A stretch of DNA of 64,000 nt from the human T2T-CHM13v2.0 reference genome, Homo sapiens, in assembly GCF_009914755.1 (NCBI RefSeq), contig NC_060932.1; one strand, given 5' to 3'. This document shows positions 1 to 16,445 of this stretch, one piece after another (positions within the stretch are counted from its first letter, which is position 1; each line of letters opens with the position of its first letter). The notes beneath the pieces were generated by a model. It had not been told where the DNA came from, searched no databases, and saw nothing but the letters and a program-made list of their open reading frames with translations. A program made the position numbers and the translations under genes.

Positions 1-129
1 CCACTACACTTCTTATCAAGCAGGAAAATAAATGTCCTTAGGCTTTAAGTCAGTTGAAGTTTTAAAATACTCATAGTTAAATCCATGCAAATTGATAAAA
101 GCATCTGTTCCTATGTTTACTAAGCATTC

Positions 130-505
130 ACATTTCAACTCTTGTCAGTTCATTGTCTTGGCCATTTTCTTTTGGGCTATTTGTCTTTTTCTTATGATTC
201 TGCAGGCGTTCTTTACATATTCTGAACATTAATCTTTTCCTACATGGATTGTGATTTATATATAAAATTTAAGGAAACCTTTCCTATTTCTGTACTGTTC
301 CTACATTTTCTTCTAGATTATAATTCTTTCACATTTAGATATTTAAATAACTTGTAACTATGGTGTGAGTTGAAATTTTTATTTTTATTTTTCCTTATCT
401 TTTCTTTTTGGTTGGTCAGTTTGTCTATTTGTTAGTATAACTTTAGAATAAGTCTAGATATCTAGTAGGGTAGAGTTGACCCACCTTGTTCCTCTTAAAA
501 AATTA
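130..505 (-). mobile_element. Old L1M fragment
   Basis: T-rich segments resembling antisense L1 3'/ORF2 sequence (tttgtctttttcttatgattc...tctttacatattctg). Confidence 0.5.
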
Positions 506-508
506 TCC

Positions 509-808
<300 letters not shown>

Positions 809-849
809 TCACTTGTCTCACACAATTTGTCAAGACAAAGGCAATCCAG

Positions 850-1253
850 GCACACATAGCAGTTTATCAACGGTATTAGGAGCTCCTTAGAATCTTTCCA
901 CATTCTTAGCATCTCCACTTGCTTCTTACCTCACAGTCACAAGAGTGCTATATTTCTAAGCCTCATATCTAGGTTCTCAGACAAGAAGGGAGAGTGAGTA
1001 AAGGGGGGCGCGGGGGAGCTTTCTCTCTTGACTTTTTTATAATTAAGGAAGAAATGGCATCTCCAGATACTTTCATACATAGTTCATTGGCCAAAAATGT
1101 GTCATCTGTCCAGCTACCAAAAAAAACAAAAAAGGCTAAAAAATCAAGTCTTTCATAGCCAGACACACTACTGCCTTGAACGAAATCTAAGATCTGTTAG
1201 TGAAGAATTTGAAGAAAATAAATTTGGGGTACATAACCAACAGTATTTGTCAC
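850..1253. mobile_element. Old MaLR LTR (MLT1J/K-like)
   Basis: Ends with cattggccaaaaatgtgtcat...ctgttagtgaagaa...cagtatttgtcaca, typical of MLT1. Confidence 0.55.
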
Positions 1254-1259
1254 AACTTT

Positions 1260-1580
1260 GTAAGTCAAGGGTAAGAAGATTGGGTTTCATTGTAAGTATG
1301 TGGGAAACCATTTATTAGGGAAATTACTTGATTCTATTTAAATCTTAAAAGGATCATCTGTCAGCTATGTGAAAAACAGACAAGTGAAGAGCAAAATCAG
1401 AGGGACTAGTCAAGAAAATTCTGCAGTAGTCTGGGCAAGAACCGATAGTGGGTTGGAAAAAAACAGTGAAAGTACAGCTGGGTCAAAGAAGAGAAAAATG
1501 GATAGGTTATAAAGCAAAGATGACTGGCTCTCAGATTTCTAGCTTAAGCAACTCTATTTTTAGAGGCGCCAGTTGAGGAA
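1260..1580 (-). mobile_element. L2 fragment
   Basis: L2-type motifs aaaaggatcatctgtcagct and gcagtagtctgggcaagaaccgatagtgg. Confidence 0.55.
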
Positions 1581-2316
1581 GGGTCAGGCAAAGCAGGTAG
1601 CAACAAGAAGTGTACCCCGATGAACTGCTTTTCTGCAACAACTATATCAAGTAATATAATGTATAAATTTCAGCACATTCTTTCCCCAAACAGTTCATGA
1701 GAAAAAATAACATTATATTACATATTCAAAGCAATTTAAAAATATACTATGTGGTGTGCTGGCAGTGAAGAAACCCAAATTCCTAACACATAGCCTAACC
1801 CCAATATACTTAACAATTTTCCTTATTCTAATAGCAAAGAGTTGATTAAGGCCTTTCAAAAATATTTCAATATCAAATTTAAGGTCACTGGTATCTATTC
1901 TCCATTCACTTATGTTCAGCATTGTAATCCCGCCTAAAATTAAAGCTTCCATGGAACGATGGCCAATATTAAATCATATAACTGACAACTATGACTTCTG
2001 AAATTTAATAAAAGAGAAAAATCTGAGGTGTTTGGAATATTTTTAAACTGATGTTTTTATCTATGGCAGCAAAATCACATCTTAAAGTCATTTTCCCCCT
2101 AATTAGACTGTCAGCAAAACTACAACCACTGTACATCACTTGAACTATTAATCTTTTAACCTACACTTATATACCAAATGAGAACATTTATATTACATCT
2201 CTCATGCTTTTTAAGCGTAAAAAGATCCCATTACACCCAACAGATAAAGTAACTGTAAACTAAGTTTGGGGTTGTCTAGGAAAATAACTCATGGAACTCT
2301 CTCATATACATCTATG

Positions 2317-2703
2317 TGTTAAATTTAATTTAGCCTGAAGTTGCCTCCTTACATATTTAAGGTTAGGCCTAAAGGTTTCTTCATACATACATCTAACTGG
2401 ATACGTAAACTGAATGTAACCTACTCTTGTACCAATCACAAAGACTCAGCTAAAGGCAGCCAAATGTTCAAACTGTGTTCAAGTAAGGCAAACAATAAGC
2501 TGTAACCAACCAAGCTCTTTCTATACCTTACTTTTGTCTTCTGTACATCACTTCCTTTTTCTATCCATAATTGTTATCTGACCATGTGGCAGCCCTGGAA
2601 TTACTCTGAACCTATTCTGGCTCTGGAGGCTGCTTGATTCACCAATCATTCTTTGCTCAATTTAACTGTTAAATTTAATTTGACTAAGGTTTTTCTTTTA
2701 ATA
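2317..2703 (+). mobile_element. MER57-type ERV1 solo LTR
   Basis: Starts tgttaaatttaatttagcctgaagttgcctccttacatattt and ends gttaaatttaatttgactaaggtttttctttta; matches the recalled MER57B consensus. Confidence 0.8.
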
Positions 2704-4121
2704 TGTGACATAAAGGAAATCAGAGAAGCTGAGTTGGGAAAGATAAAAAGGCACTTGGTGACAAATGTGACTTGTTCATCATTATCTTTAGAAACATTAA
2801 GAAAAACTAGAATCTAAAATATGAGAATGGCTTGCTATATATATATATATACATATAACATAAATATTACTTTCCCTATCTTAAGTATTATCAGTCCACT
2901 TTCATCCAAAATAAAAAGCAAAACAAAAATTCTTAACAATGAAAATATTGCTTTCAATGAAACAAAATTCAGCTATGACACATTTATGCAATACCTATGA
3001 GTTTAAAAAAAAGGTTTTTCCCGGCCAACAGACTTGCCATTCACTAGTTTAACACTAGCGGTTCCAGACACTTTTGAGTATCTCTAAAGGTCCACTAAAC
3101 ACAGTAATTCACAATTTTGCTATTAAAAATCGAATGACACCTGTATCTTGGCTGATGTGCAGGAGGCAGCCTCAAAATTATAGAGGGGTATATAGCACAG
3201 CAGCCCCATCTCAACATGACTTTCTAATTCTACTCGCTTTCTCGTACAGGTCTATCTTCTAAAGTTCTTTAAAGTTTTCTGTTTTACTATATTTCATGGA
3301 GAAAACGTATCTGCTATAGTGATAGTCCCGAAACTAGGAATTAGGGAAAGACTAGTGACATGAAACAGAAGAGAATAAGAGAAAACGTAAGAGAGATAGA
3401 GGATGGGAAGAGAGGAAATATTGTAGAAATAATGACAATACTTTTAATAATTAAAGGAAGAAGTAAAAGTTCAGATTAATATATTCATGGAGTGCCAAAC
3501 AGCATGGACACTTTGTAGCAAAGTCTAACAACAACAAAGGCCATAGTCTTTCAGAAAGAAAACAAATCAGCTAAAAACAAAAAACAAAGAATCAGTTGAC
3601 TGAAGTCAACCTTAACTATGAGAAAAGACACTTTCATACTTAATTTCATATATAGCTAACTTTATTTCCATGTAAAAGTCAAATTAATCTCAGATATGCA
3701 AAATCTCTAAGGTGAACACAGAAAGATCCTGGTTGAAAACACTCATGACAAAAAATGAATTCAGTAGTACGTGTGTGAGCTTATGTCTATATATCATGAA
3801 TTAACTCAGTACAAATCTATCCTGTCTCAAGACTTAACACTGACTAATAATCACCCTAACAAATAATTACAATATAGGGTTACAAAGAAAACTTAACCAA
3901 GTCTGGGATAGAGACCTTCCCTAATAAAGTGATATTATGAGCTAAGATCTAAGGAATAAGCAATTTACCAGACAAAAGGATAGGGATAAATGTTCCAAAG
4001 AGAGTAAGGCACAGTAAATCAAGAGGTGAGAAACTCTTTATATTCAAGTACCTAAAAAAGTTCAGAACGGTTCAAACAGAGAGAAAGAAATAGAGACTAA
4101 AAGTGGCAACAACATGGAATC

Positions 4122-4471
<350 letters not shown>

Positions 4472-4896
4472 TCATCCCTCAAAACAAACACAGTATATCC
4501 AAACTACAATTCCTTTACTTTATGTATGTCAGTGTGAAGACTAAGACGATTACCAAAGCGACAGAATTCAAATTTCTGCTATGTGAACTTAGATACAGGT
4601 TAAGAAACTGCTAAATATAGATAGGTACCTATATATACATCAATCTTGGCAGCCAAAAAGGAAAAAAGGCTACAAGGATTCTTGAAATTCTGCTGATAGT
4701 TTTTGGTGTAGCTTCCTTAAATTCAACATAGAATTTGTTGTAGAAATTACTCTTAAGGCCACAGTAGGGAGGAAAAGGTTAAACATAGTACAATGAATGA
4801 ATCACAGTAACTGGACATCAAATGAAAATGCAGCAAAATGCCCCCGAATGTAATTTTTAAAAAACAAAATCTACCTCCATTTTTAATGGTTGATTT

Positions 4897-5724
<828 letters not shown>

Positions 5725-5729
5725 TATAT

Positions 5730-6600
5730 TTATTATTCAATAAATGGTTCAAAAAACACCTGGCATCTGCTTAAAAAAGAACAATTTTTAAAATATTTAC
5801 CTCTTAATATATAGCAAAATAAATTTAAAATAGATTAAGGTGTAAAATGTCAAAATGAAACCGTAACAAAATTAAGTGGACAGTTGCATGATCTCAGAAT
5901 AGGAGAAGCAATAGAAGAAAACAAACAAAAAAAATTTAAGGCAATAGATTTGAAAAGTTTATAGATTAAAAAAACACTTTTTAAGGCAATAGATTTCAAA
6001 AGCTTACAGATAAAATTTTAAAACAAGCCAGGAAAATATTCACAATGACTTTAACAAAGCACAGATAACAAAGACACCAAAAGGCAAAAGAAAAAAAGAA
6101 TACGAAGAGATATAATGCCAAACAGTGAATGCCAATTGTCTTTTAAAAGTAAAACAGTGACTAAGAAATGCAAATTAACTAAATATTGCTTTTATCAAAC
6201 AACTAAAAAGTTTTCAATGTTGACGTTTACAGACGTGTACAAAAATGTTCATAGCAGCACTATTCATAATAGAACACACATAAAAACCACCCAAATACTC
6301 AACAGTAGAATGGGTAAGTAGTGGTATATTCCCACAATAGAATTATACAAACAATGAAAATGAACAAACTACAACTATATAAGATAGATGAATCTCCCAC
6401 AAAATAGTACTGACTATATAGTATCATGTATCACAAGTTCAAAACAGACAAAATCTATGAGTGTTAGAGGGGTAACGACTCAAAAGACATAGGACAGGAG
6501 CTTATGGATTGCAGATAATGTTCTGATTCTTGAGCAGGGCACTAGTTACCCAGGTGTGTTCACTTTGTAAAAATTCACCTCCCGGTACACTTATGATGTG
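5730..6600 (+). mobile_element. L1M (L1ME/MD-like) 3' region
   Basis: tattcaataaatgg, aaatgttcatagcagcactattcataatag and gtggtatattcccacaatagaa are L1 3' motifs. Confidence 0.7.
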
Positions 6601-6639
6601 TGTGTGCTATGGAGCTATGTCCACACTAAGAAACTATGG

Positions 6640-7510
6640 TAATAGCTGATGTCGTCCAGGGAGTGATGACAGGAATTATTAGAATCTTTTAGGAAACCAA
6701 ACGGTATTTGTTCCCAATGATAAAATCTGAGCTTTCAAGGAAATACTAGAATTCTGTAACACTTGCAACTATTGCTATAAGCTTAACAGTTTCCCAATTC
6801 TAAAATACTTTTCTGATGAGATTAGTGGCAATATTAACAATTATGCTTATTATTTTTATTACAAAGTAAAATGTGTCAACATTTGGAATATCTGCACAGC
6901 TTCAAGAACCAATATTTTCTAAATGCTCAAAACAAGTACAGGTATACCCGTTTCTGGATTCTAACAATGGATTCTAACACAGCAGAAGTATAAAAAAATT
7001 CACTGATTTGGCTTCAGATTCTACGTTGCAACTAACCCTTAGGAAACTATTACTTATCAACTGTGGGTACAGAATCAAAGAGAAAAAAGGCAAAATTATC
7101 TGACAATGCTATTAAAATATTTCTTCCTTTTCCAACAACATTTTCTGTTTGAAGAAGGATTTTCTTCATATACTTTAACCCAAACAATATACCAGAATTG
7201 GCAGGTAGAAGCAGATGAGAATTAGCTATCTCTTTTTAAGCCAGACATTAAAGTGACTTGCAAAGTGTAAAATAATGCTGCTTCTCATTATTTCCTTTAG
7301 AAAATAGCTTCTTTTCATTAAGAATGTTGTTTACACATATTTACATATAATGGAGTTTATCATTTTATTTTTAAAATTTCTAATATTATATTCATTTTAA
7401 ATTTTTCATACGGTAAGTCTCCATAGACAGAACCCACATAAACAAAAATTATTTCAATTATTTTTAAGAGTGTGAAAAAGCAGTGAGACCAAAAAGTTTG
7501 AGAAACACTG
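6640..7510 (+). mobile_element. Charlie1-type hAT DNA transposon fragment
   Basis: Decayed transposase C-terminal sequence (ttcagattctacgttgcaactaacc, aagccagacattaaag) and terminus tgagaccaaaaagtttgagaaacactg. Confidence 0.75.
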
Positions 7511-8167
7511 CATTTTTACTATAAGCTTTCTTAAGGGCAGGAAACATTCCATTCCCATAATCTTGCTCATATTTCTCGAGCTGTTACTGAACTACTCAAA
7601 AACCTTACAGCTCAAGCCAGATCCCTGAGAAACAAACCAAGGGGGAAAAACACACCATGGAATTGCCCCAGTGAATGTTAATTAAACAAGTTGCATGCAG
7701 CTTGCTTGAATTTCCATAAACACTTCATTAATGCTGAGCTTCATACTGACAGAGAAGGTCTACAGGTCACTCTCAAAAAATGTGAATCAACAGATAAGAT
7801 GAAAAGAGTATCCTCAACATAACTGCAGAGATTCAGTCTATTAAATATACTATTTTCCATATTTCGTGTTAGTAATATTAAGAAACGCTCCAGGACAATA
7901 GAGAGGCTAAAATGTCCACTATGATACCCCCCTTTTTTTTCACTTAAATGTGGTAAAATACACATAATATAAAATTTGCCATCATAACCATTTTTAAATG
8001 TAGAGTTCAGTGGCATTACATACTTTCAAACTGCTGTGACTCCAATATGTTTCAGTTACTGTTCAAAAAATTTTTAACTTCTTCTTCCATGAGTCAAAAC
8101 ATACAGCAAAATTTATCTACGAGATTTTCTAACAACTCTATATAGTCTTTTAAAGAAAGTCGTTGCT

Positions 8168-8510
<343 letters not shown>

Positions 8511-8976
8511 TTATGAGGTTCTTCAAAGATTACTTCCAATCACACTTTTTATGTTTATAAAAACAATCAACTGAACAAAAGACCAGATAGTCCCAACATT
8601 CTAGTAACTGCAAATGTTCCAATACCATACTTACAAAAAAGTTTTACTTTAAATGCCTAAGAGAAGGACTGGAGGGAATATGTCAAAATCACTAGTAGCT
8701 CCCTTGGGGTGGGAAGATGATGCCCTACTTTTTACTGTACTTTCCAAAATTTGTAAAGTTACGTTTATTACCAGAAAACCAACTTGAGAAAGCAGTAAGA
8801 ATCGTCAGATTACAAAATGACACAAAATACAGATTTTATTTCTCATTGCTATCAACTTTCCATTTGAGTAGCACAGACCAAATGATTTTACGACAACCAG
8901 ATTGGGTTTAAATCTGGCACCATTACTTAAAAGCTAGCTATGTGACCTTGGACTCTGATGACAAAAGACTGGGCTA

Positions 8977-9291
<315 letters not shown>

Positions 9292-9681
9292 GACTGGGCT
9301 AATATACGAGGATTAATATTTATGTACTTAAGAATGTCAGAAGATCAGAAATCAGAAGTGTTAACTCAAAAAGTTTACTTGTTCAAATACTTACAGAGCA
9401 CTAAAACAAGCAATTCATTGAATTAAATAATGAAATTATCTTATTATATACCCCATATTTATCTGCTTTCATAAATTAACATAGGATAACAGTTATATTT
9501 TTCTGTTGTTAAGTCTGTGTATTTTGGGGCTGGGGAGAAGGAGGAGGCAGACAACTTTTGATAGCTTGCTCAAAGTTTCAAAAATTTATCCAAAAAGTTT
9601 TCTTTTTCCAAATAAGAATATTTTCCTGCAAAGAAGAAAAACATAAGTTGGTACCTCAAGACATTAGAAAAAAATAGCTAA

Positions 9682-10306
<625 letters not shown>

Positions 10307-12321
10307 GGTTTAGTTTATTTTTGAACTAATGACACAGAGACTATAGCTTTAAGGTTTTTTGAGTCAATCAGTAAATTTAAAACAAATTTTGTTCAGTTTG
10401 GACTTGTAGTTCATGGAAATCATCTGCTAACTACCAAATGCTTCCTCACTTTAAAAGAAAATATACCAAAGAAGAAAAAATAAACAAGTCCAAACATCTG
10501 CCACCTACCAGCAGTTTAGTTTGTTCTACTGAAAAGGCAAAAGGGATAGAGAAAAAATTTTACATCACGTTATTTTCCCTCTTCCAAAACCAAAATAAAT
10601 AAATAAATAAATAACTTGTCTAAATTGAATGGGGAGCTGACACACTCCAAAAAACAGCTTAAAAAAAAGTTTACCCTCACGCTGCTTTAATTCTATAAAC
10701 AGATACCTGAACAAACTGGCAAAACAAGATTCGAGAAGAGAACTCAGTAACTCGCTCTGGTGAAAGCAAACTTAGACATCTGATGAAGCCTTAAAAGAAA
10801 AACAACGGGCACACAAAAACAAAACACCTAAAACTTTCCTCAATTACTTGAAATCAAAGTGATTTTTTTTTTTTAATGAGCCCCGGGGTTATCCTGAGCT
10901 CCTAGGCTTTAGTAGAAATCCCTAGGAAACCCACCCTACTCATTTTTTCTTGAAGATATAATGCTTTTTATTCACCAAGAAACTGAAAGTCCATTTCTGA
11001 ATGTTTCTTTCTCGTGTATGTTTCATTGGTTTTATTAAGCCCCGTAAGGGGAGGCTGCACCTAGCCCTCAGACTCCAACCCATCTTATCTTAACTAATCC
11101 TATTCAATTCTTACTATAAGTATCTATTAATGATGCATGGTATTAGGTGCCTCAAGAGCAGGGCTACACCAAAACTTAGCTATCAGAAGAATAAACATAA
11201 GCCAAAGTAGCTTCAAGGACAATGACATGGGGAAAAATAAAAAGGTAAGAAGCAACTGCCTTCAATTTTATCTACTGCAATATTTTATAGTAAGCTACCC
11301 AAAGATTCTTTGTCTATGACACAAAAGGAGGCTGTTAAAAATATTAAAGACTAAACTACTATAGTGTTTTCTCCCTCATGTCATCACAGAGCTCATGTTT
11401 ATTCCTTTCCAAAACCAAACCTAACATTACAATAAAATTTATTTTCTCAGAATTATTCACATTCCTTGATTACTTTTCTTCTGGATTCTAAGCTTGAGAT
11501 TTTTTTTTTTAACATATTTATGCTCACAACTCGACCTTTGATGATATGCCTCCTATCCTCCCAATGTATTTCTCTGGCCTGTTAACTGTCAAAGAATCAC
11601 TTCCCGTCAGGAAAGAACACCTGGCCTGTGACCTATTCAATTCATTGATGGGGTAGGGAATGCTTTACAGGTGACTGGACTACACTTACCAAAAAGACTA
11701 AATAGTAATCTATCAGGAAGAGACTTTATCTATAAAATGCCCTTAGCACAATGTCTCCGGTTAAGGTTCCTGAAAAAATGTCTCATAGGTTATATAAACA
11801 GAGGTATAAAATGATGATGTTTCATAATTTAAATGCTACTACTGTAAAAGATGATCCTGCAGACCTTACTGAGAGACTTGATCTATTCTAGGCCAGAGCT
11901 GCAGGTGTAGCACAACAAAAAGGGACAGGGGGGATTACCTTAACTATCTCAGACCTTTATTTTTATCCTTGAAATTATTTAGTAATTAATTTCTGTAAAA
12001 ATGAGCAACGAAAGTAACTGAGGTCAAATACATACAAAATTCTTACAAGAAGAATTTGGAGAATAACATCCCCGCAGACAATTAATACCTAACAGAAAAA
12101 AATGCCCACAAAGCAGACAAAATTATAATCAATTATTTTAACACTAGCTAAAAGAGAATACGAGAATGATACAAGATATGAACGTATAGCATGTGCCTGA
12201 GTTAGAAATAAAAGGAGAGAGTTCAGAAAATAATTCAAAATAAAAGAAAAAATAATTTCAAGAAAGGACTACAAAAGAAAGAACACAAAATGGAAAAAAT
12301 GCCACATATAATGCCTTATAA

Positions 12322-12541
12322 CAGAGGTCAGCAAACTACAACCCATACACCAAATCTGGCCCATCACCTATTCTCATAAATAAAATTTTACTGGAACACA
12401 ATCACACTCATTCATTTACATATAGTCTATGGAAACTTTCACAGTATAAAAGCAAAACTGAGTAGCTATGAGAGGGACCATATGGCTACAAAGCCTAAAA
12501 TATTTACTATCTGGCCATTTACAGAAAGTTTCCAACTCCTG
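12322..12541 (+). mobile_element. MER58A (hAT-Charlie MITE)
   Basis: cagaggtcagcaaactac...aaagcctaaaatatttactatctggccatttacagaaagtttccaactcctg; approximate 8-bp TSD ccttataa/ccttaaga. Confidence 0.85.
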
Positions 12542-13768
12542 CCTTAAGAAAAATAGAAGATGAAAGGAGAAAAAAAGTTAATAAAAAAAGAAGATATATA
12601 TTTTTTAATAGGATTCAAAAGAAAGTGACAGTTATCAGGGGTTTGGGGGCAGATAGACATAGTTTAATGGGTACAAGAGCTTATTTAAGATGACAAAAAA
12701 TGTTCTGGAAATGGACAATGGTGATGGCTGCATAACATGGCGAATGAACTTAATGCCACAAAACTGTACACTTAAAATGGTTAAAATGGTAAATTTTACA
12801 TATATCGTATTAAAGAAATGGAGCAAGTAACAAATTTAGAAGAGGCAAAGTTTCAATATACATAAAAAGAAAAGAACGAATAATAAAAAGTATAATTTGA
12901 GAAACTTTTCTGAAATAAAAGATCTGAAACTATGTAAAGAAAAGCCATACCACATACCTGAGAAAATCTATCTAGAGAAACGAACACCAAGACATACTGT
13001 AATAGAATATCTGGTCTTTAATGGAAGAGAAAAAAAAAATCCTTTGCCCATCTAGAAAGAAAAAAAAAAGGCTAAGGGAAGGAAATTCCCATTCTCATCA
13101 GACCTTCAACATTAACAGCTCTTAGCAGGTCCTTGAAAAATAAAAGTTTAGGTATGGAAGAAATGATGGCCAGATGCAACATAGAAGAGGTAAGTAAAAA
13201 CCCTATAGTTCTGAGTTTGAATTGGAAGTATCAATATTAGTTAATGAGGTAGATTAAAAGACACAGATTGTCAGAATGTCTTAAAAAGCAACACTCACAT
13301 ATATACTGTCTATAATAGACACACTTTAAATATAAAGGCAGATTGATTGAAAGTGAATGAATAGAAAAATGCCACACACAGCATAAGAATACTGAAGTGG
13401 ATATAGTCACATCTGATAAAATGTAGCTAAAATCATAAAGATTTTCATAGGATATGTATGAGAACTTCTATGACTTGGGGCCAGATAAAAGTTCTTATCC
13501 AGGTGATGAGTCAGAGAAAGCAATAACCATAAAATAAATATATAAATTAAATTTAAAATTTCTATTCAAATGACTCTCATTAAGAAAATTAATCAGTAAT
13601 TCATAGCCTGGGAGAAAATATTAGCACATTTATCCCACAAAGCACTAGTATGCAGAATATATAAAGTACTCTTAAACTTAATAATAAAAGATAACCCAAC
13701 AAAACTGAATAAAACTGAAGTGTGCCCAGTAGAAAAAAAAAGGACAAAACTTCATAAAAGATATATAA

Positions 13769-14042
13769 GGCCAGGCGTGGTGGGTCACTCCTGTAATCCC
13801 AGCACTTTGGGAGACTGAGGTGGATGGAACACCTGAGGTCAGGAGTTCGTGACCAGCCTGGTCAACATGGTGAAACCCCGTCTCTACTAAAAATACAAAA
13901 ATTAGCTGGGCGTGGTGGTGGGCGCCTGTAATCCCAGCTACTCAGGAGGCTGAGGCAGGAGAATCGCTTGAACCGAGGAGGCAGAGGTTGCAGTGAGCCA
14001 AGATCGCACCATTATACGACAGCCTGGGCAACAAGAGCAAAA
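13769..14042 (+). mobile_element. AluSx/Sq lacking its poly-A tail
   Basis: Dimer that ends at gggcaacaagagcaaaa and joins L1 sequence. Confidence 0.9.
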
Positions 14043-15361
14043 TCAAACAGCAACCATCAAAAATCGTTGATGGGAATGTAAAATGGTACATATACTTTGG
14101 GGAAAGGTGTTGGCAGTTTCTTATAAAACCGGACATTTACCTACCCTAAGACCCAGAGATTCTAATACTAGGTATTTGCCCAAGAGAAAGAAAATCCGTG
14201 TCCACAAAAAGGATTTTATAAGAATGTTCATTGCGACTTTATTCATAATAGCCAAAACAGGAATCAGCTTAAGGGTCTATCAATTGAAGGGATACACAAA
14301 CTGCAGCATATTCATATAATGAAATCTACTCAGCAGTAAAAAGAAACTACTGATACACGTTACAAAATCAAAAACATGCTGAGCAAAATAAGTCTTACAG
14401 AAAGACTAAATATTGTATGACTGCATTTATATGAAATTCTAAAACAGGCAACTCTTATTCTATAGTGGAAAAAACATCAGAATGGTGGTTGCCTGAGGGA
14501 AAAGGGGTAGTGACAAGATTGAGATAAGGGGTATGAGGGAACTTTCTGAAGTTTCTATAAGGAAAGTCATAAGTTCAGTTACACATGTATCTGCATTTGT
14601 CAAAACTCAGTGAATGTACACATAAGATTTGCACAGATTTCACACTAAAAGATAAATCTTTACACAAATACTGAACTTAGATAATGATATGCAAATTAGC
14701 ATATTTGGAGAAGCTGCACAGATGCCTACTATTTACACTCACATGCTTTAATAAAAAGATGATTGACGGATAAAAGAACATATATGTAGGAATACACATG
14801 TAATAGAAATTGTACAGTATTATAATTTATGTAAGCATTTCTCTATTGTTGAACAGTTGGCTTGTTACAAATTTTTTGCTATTAGCAATAAATTTACATA
14901 TCATCTTATAAATGGCTAATTTGTTCTTTAAATCATTTGCTTCCAAAGAGCAGTATCATTGAGGTAAAAGAAAGAGACACTTTGCACATCTTTCTAACTA
15001 AAAGTTCTCTGTAAACTTTTTTTTTTAAAGAGGTACCTTCAGAAAAGTGTTAAGGTTTTAAGAAAACACTAAGTAAAAGGTAATCCAGTTTATAATCAAC
15101 AATTTTAAGTCTGGGAAGATATTTATGAAACTAGGTCCCTTTCTTCTATTACCAAATTAGACCCTTCTTACATCCTCAGACAGGGCATTTGCTTACAAGT
15201 AATATAAAGGATCTTGCCAGGCAACGAGAAGTGTAAGATAATTCCCACTCCAAGACTGCAGCATTCTGACTCATTTTATTACCCACTGATAGGCAACAAT
15301 CTAGAGTATATGGTGACTTCTATTATTAACAGGAACGACATTTGTACAAAGGCGAGAAATG

Positions 15362-15391
<30 letters not shown>
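15362..15391 (+). repeat. A30 mononucleotide tract
   Basis: 30 consecutive A with no adjacent Alu body. Confidence 0.95.
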
Positions 15392-15393
<2 letters not shown>

Positions 15394-16174
15394 CAAGTAT
15401 GGCCATGCTGAAAAATCTAGAGAAGAGTCAGGAATGAGTTGAAAAATCTCTGTACTGTTAAATATGTATTGTAGTAGATACCATTAAAAACAAAACCCAA
15501 CAAAGAAAACTAGTTTTTATTTTAAAATACCTCACATTACCTATCATAATCCAAGTCGTATATGTTAACTAACAGGAAGCCCATTTCAAGATTTCTTCAA
15601 TTTCATGTAAATACTATAAAATCTCAGAATTTAATGTTTTACTAAGGCCTTAATAAAAAAAAGACCTCATTTAAACTTTTCTATAAAAAGAGACGTCTTC
15701 AGAATATATGGGTCCTTTAACAAAAATATGTCACTACTAGAAACCATCCTAAGGAGGTATCACTCTAAATTGGTACTATTTATAAAACTATTTTGACTGC
15801 TATACTTTAAATAATAGAAAACCAGGGTCAAGGACCACATCTGTAGAAGAAAAAGTCTCATATAAATTCTAGTCAACAATAAAAGAATGGCTCATCTTTA
15901 CAAAGCCATCTTACAAAGGCATCAAAAATAGTATTTTGAGAACCTGTATCAACAATGGAAACAAGATTTTGTCTTAACTGCAGATAGGATGATTCCATTA
16001 TTAACACAGTCTCTAAACCATATTCTAAACAAATTATCACAATCCAAGATAGGATACAAAGGATTCTTAATTTTACTGCTGGAAAGAATATGATTATTCT
16101 TAAGGTAATATAAATAAAGTGATAAGGATTTAAATATGGTTTCATACCACATCTGAGATCTTTAAAAATGATTT

Positions 16175-16445
16175 CCAAATACCACATGTTCTCACTTAAG
16201 TAAGTGGGAGCTAAACCTTGAGTACACATGGACACAGACAAGGGAAGAATACACACTGGGGCTTACTTAAGGGTGGAGGGTAGGGATGGGGGAGGCTGAA
16301 AATCAAAAAACTACCTATCTGCTACTATGCTCATTGCCTAGGTGATGAAATAATCTGTACACTAAAGCCCCCAAGATTCACAATTTACCCATGTAACAAA
16401 CCTGCACATGTAATCCCTGAACCTAAAAGTTGGAAAGAAAAAAAA
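16175..16445 (+). mobile_element. L1PA15/16-like 3' end
   Basis: caaataccacatgttctcactt...tgatgaaataatctgtaca...aacaaacctgcacatgta followed by an A tail. Confidence 0.85.

Larger units (their letters stand above)
12000..14760 (+). mobile_element. Fragmented old L1M (ORF1/ORF2/3' pieces) with later insertions
   Basis: A-rich L1-like blocks (cacagattgtcagaatg, gcctgggagaaaatatt, gggaatgtaaaatggtaca, gaatgttcattgcgactttattcataatagcc). Confidence 0.65.
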
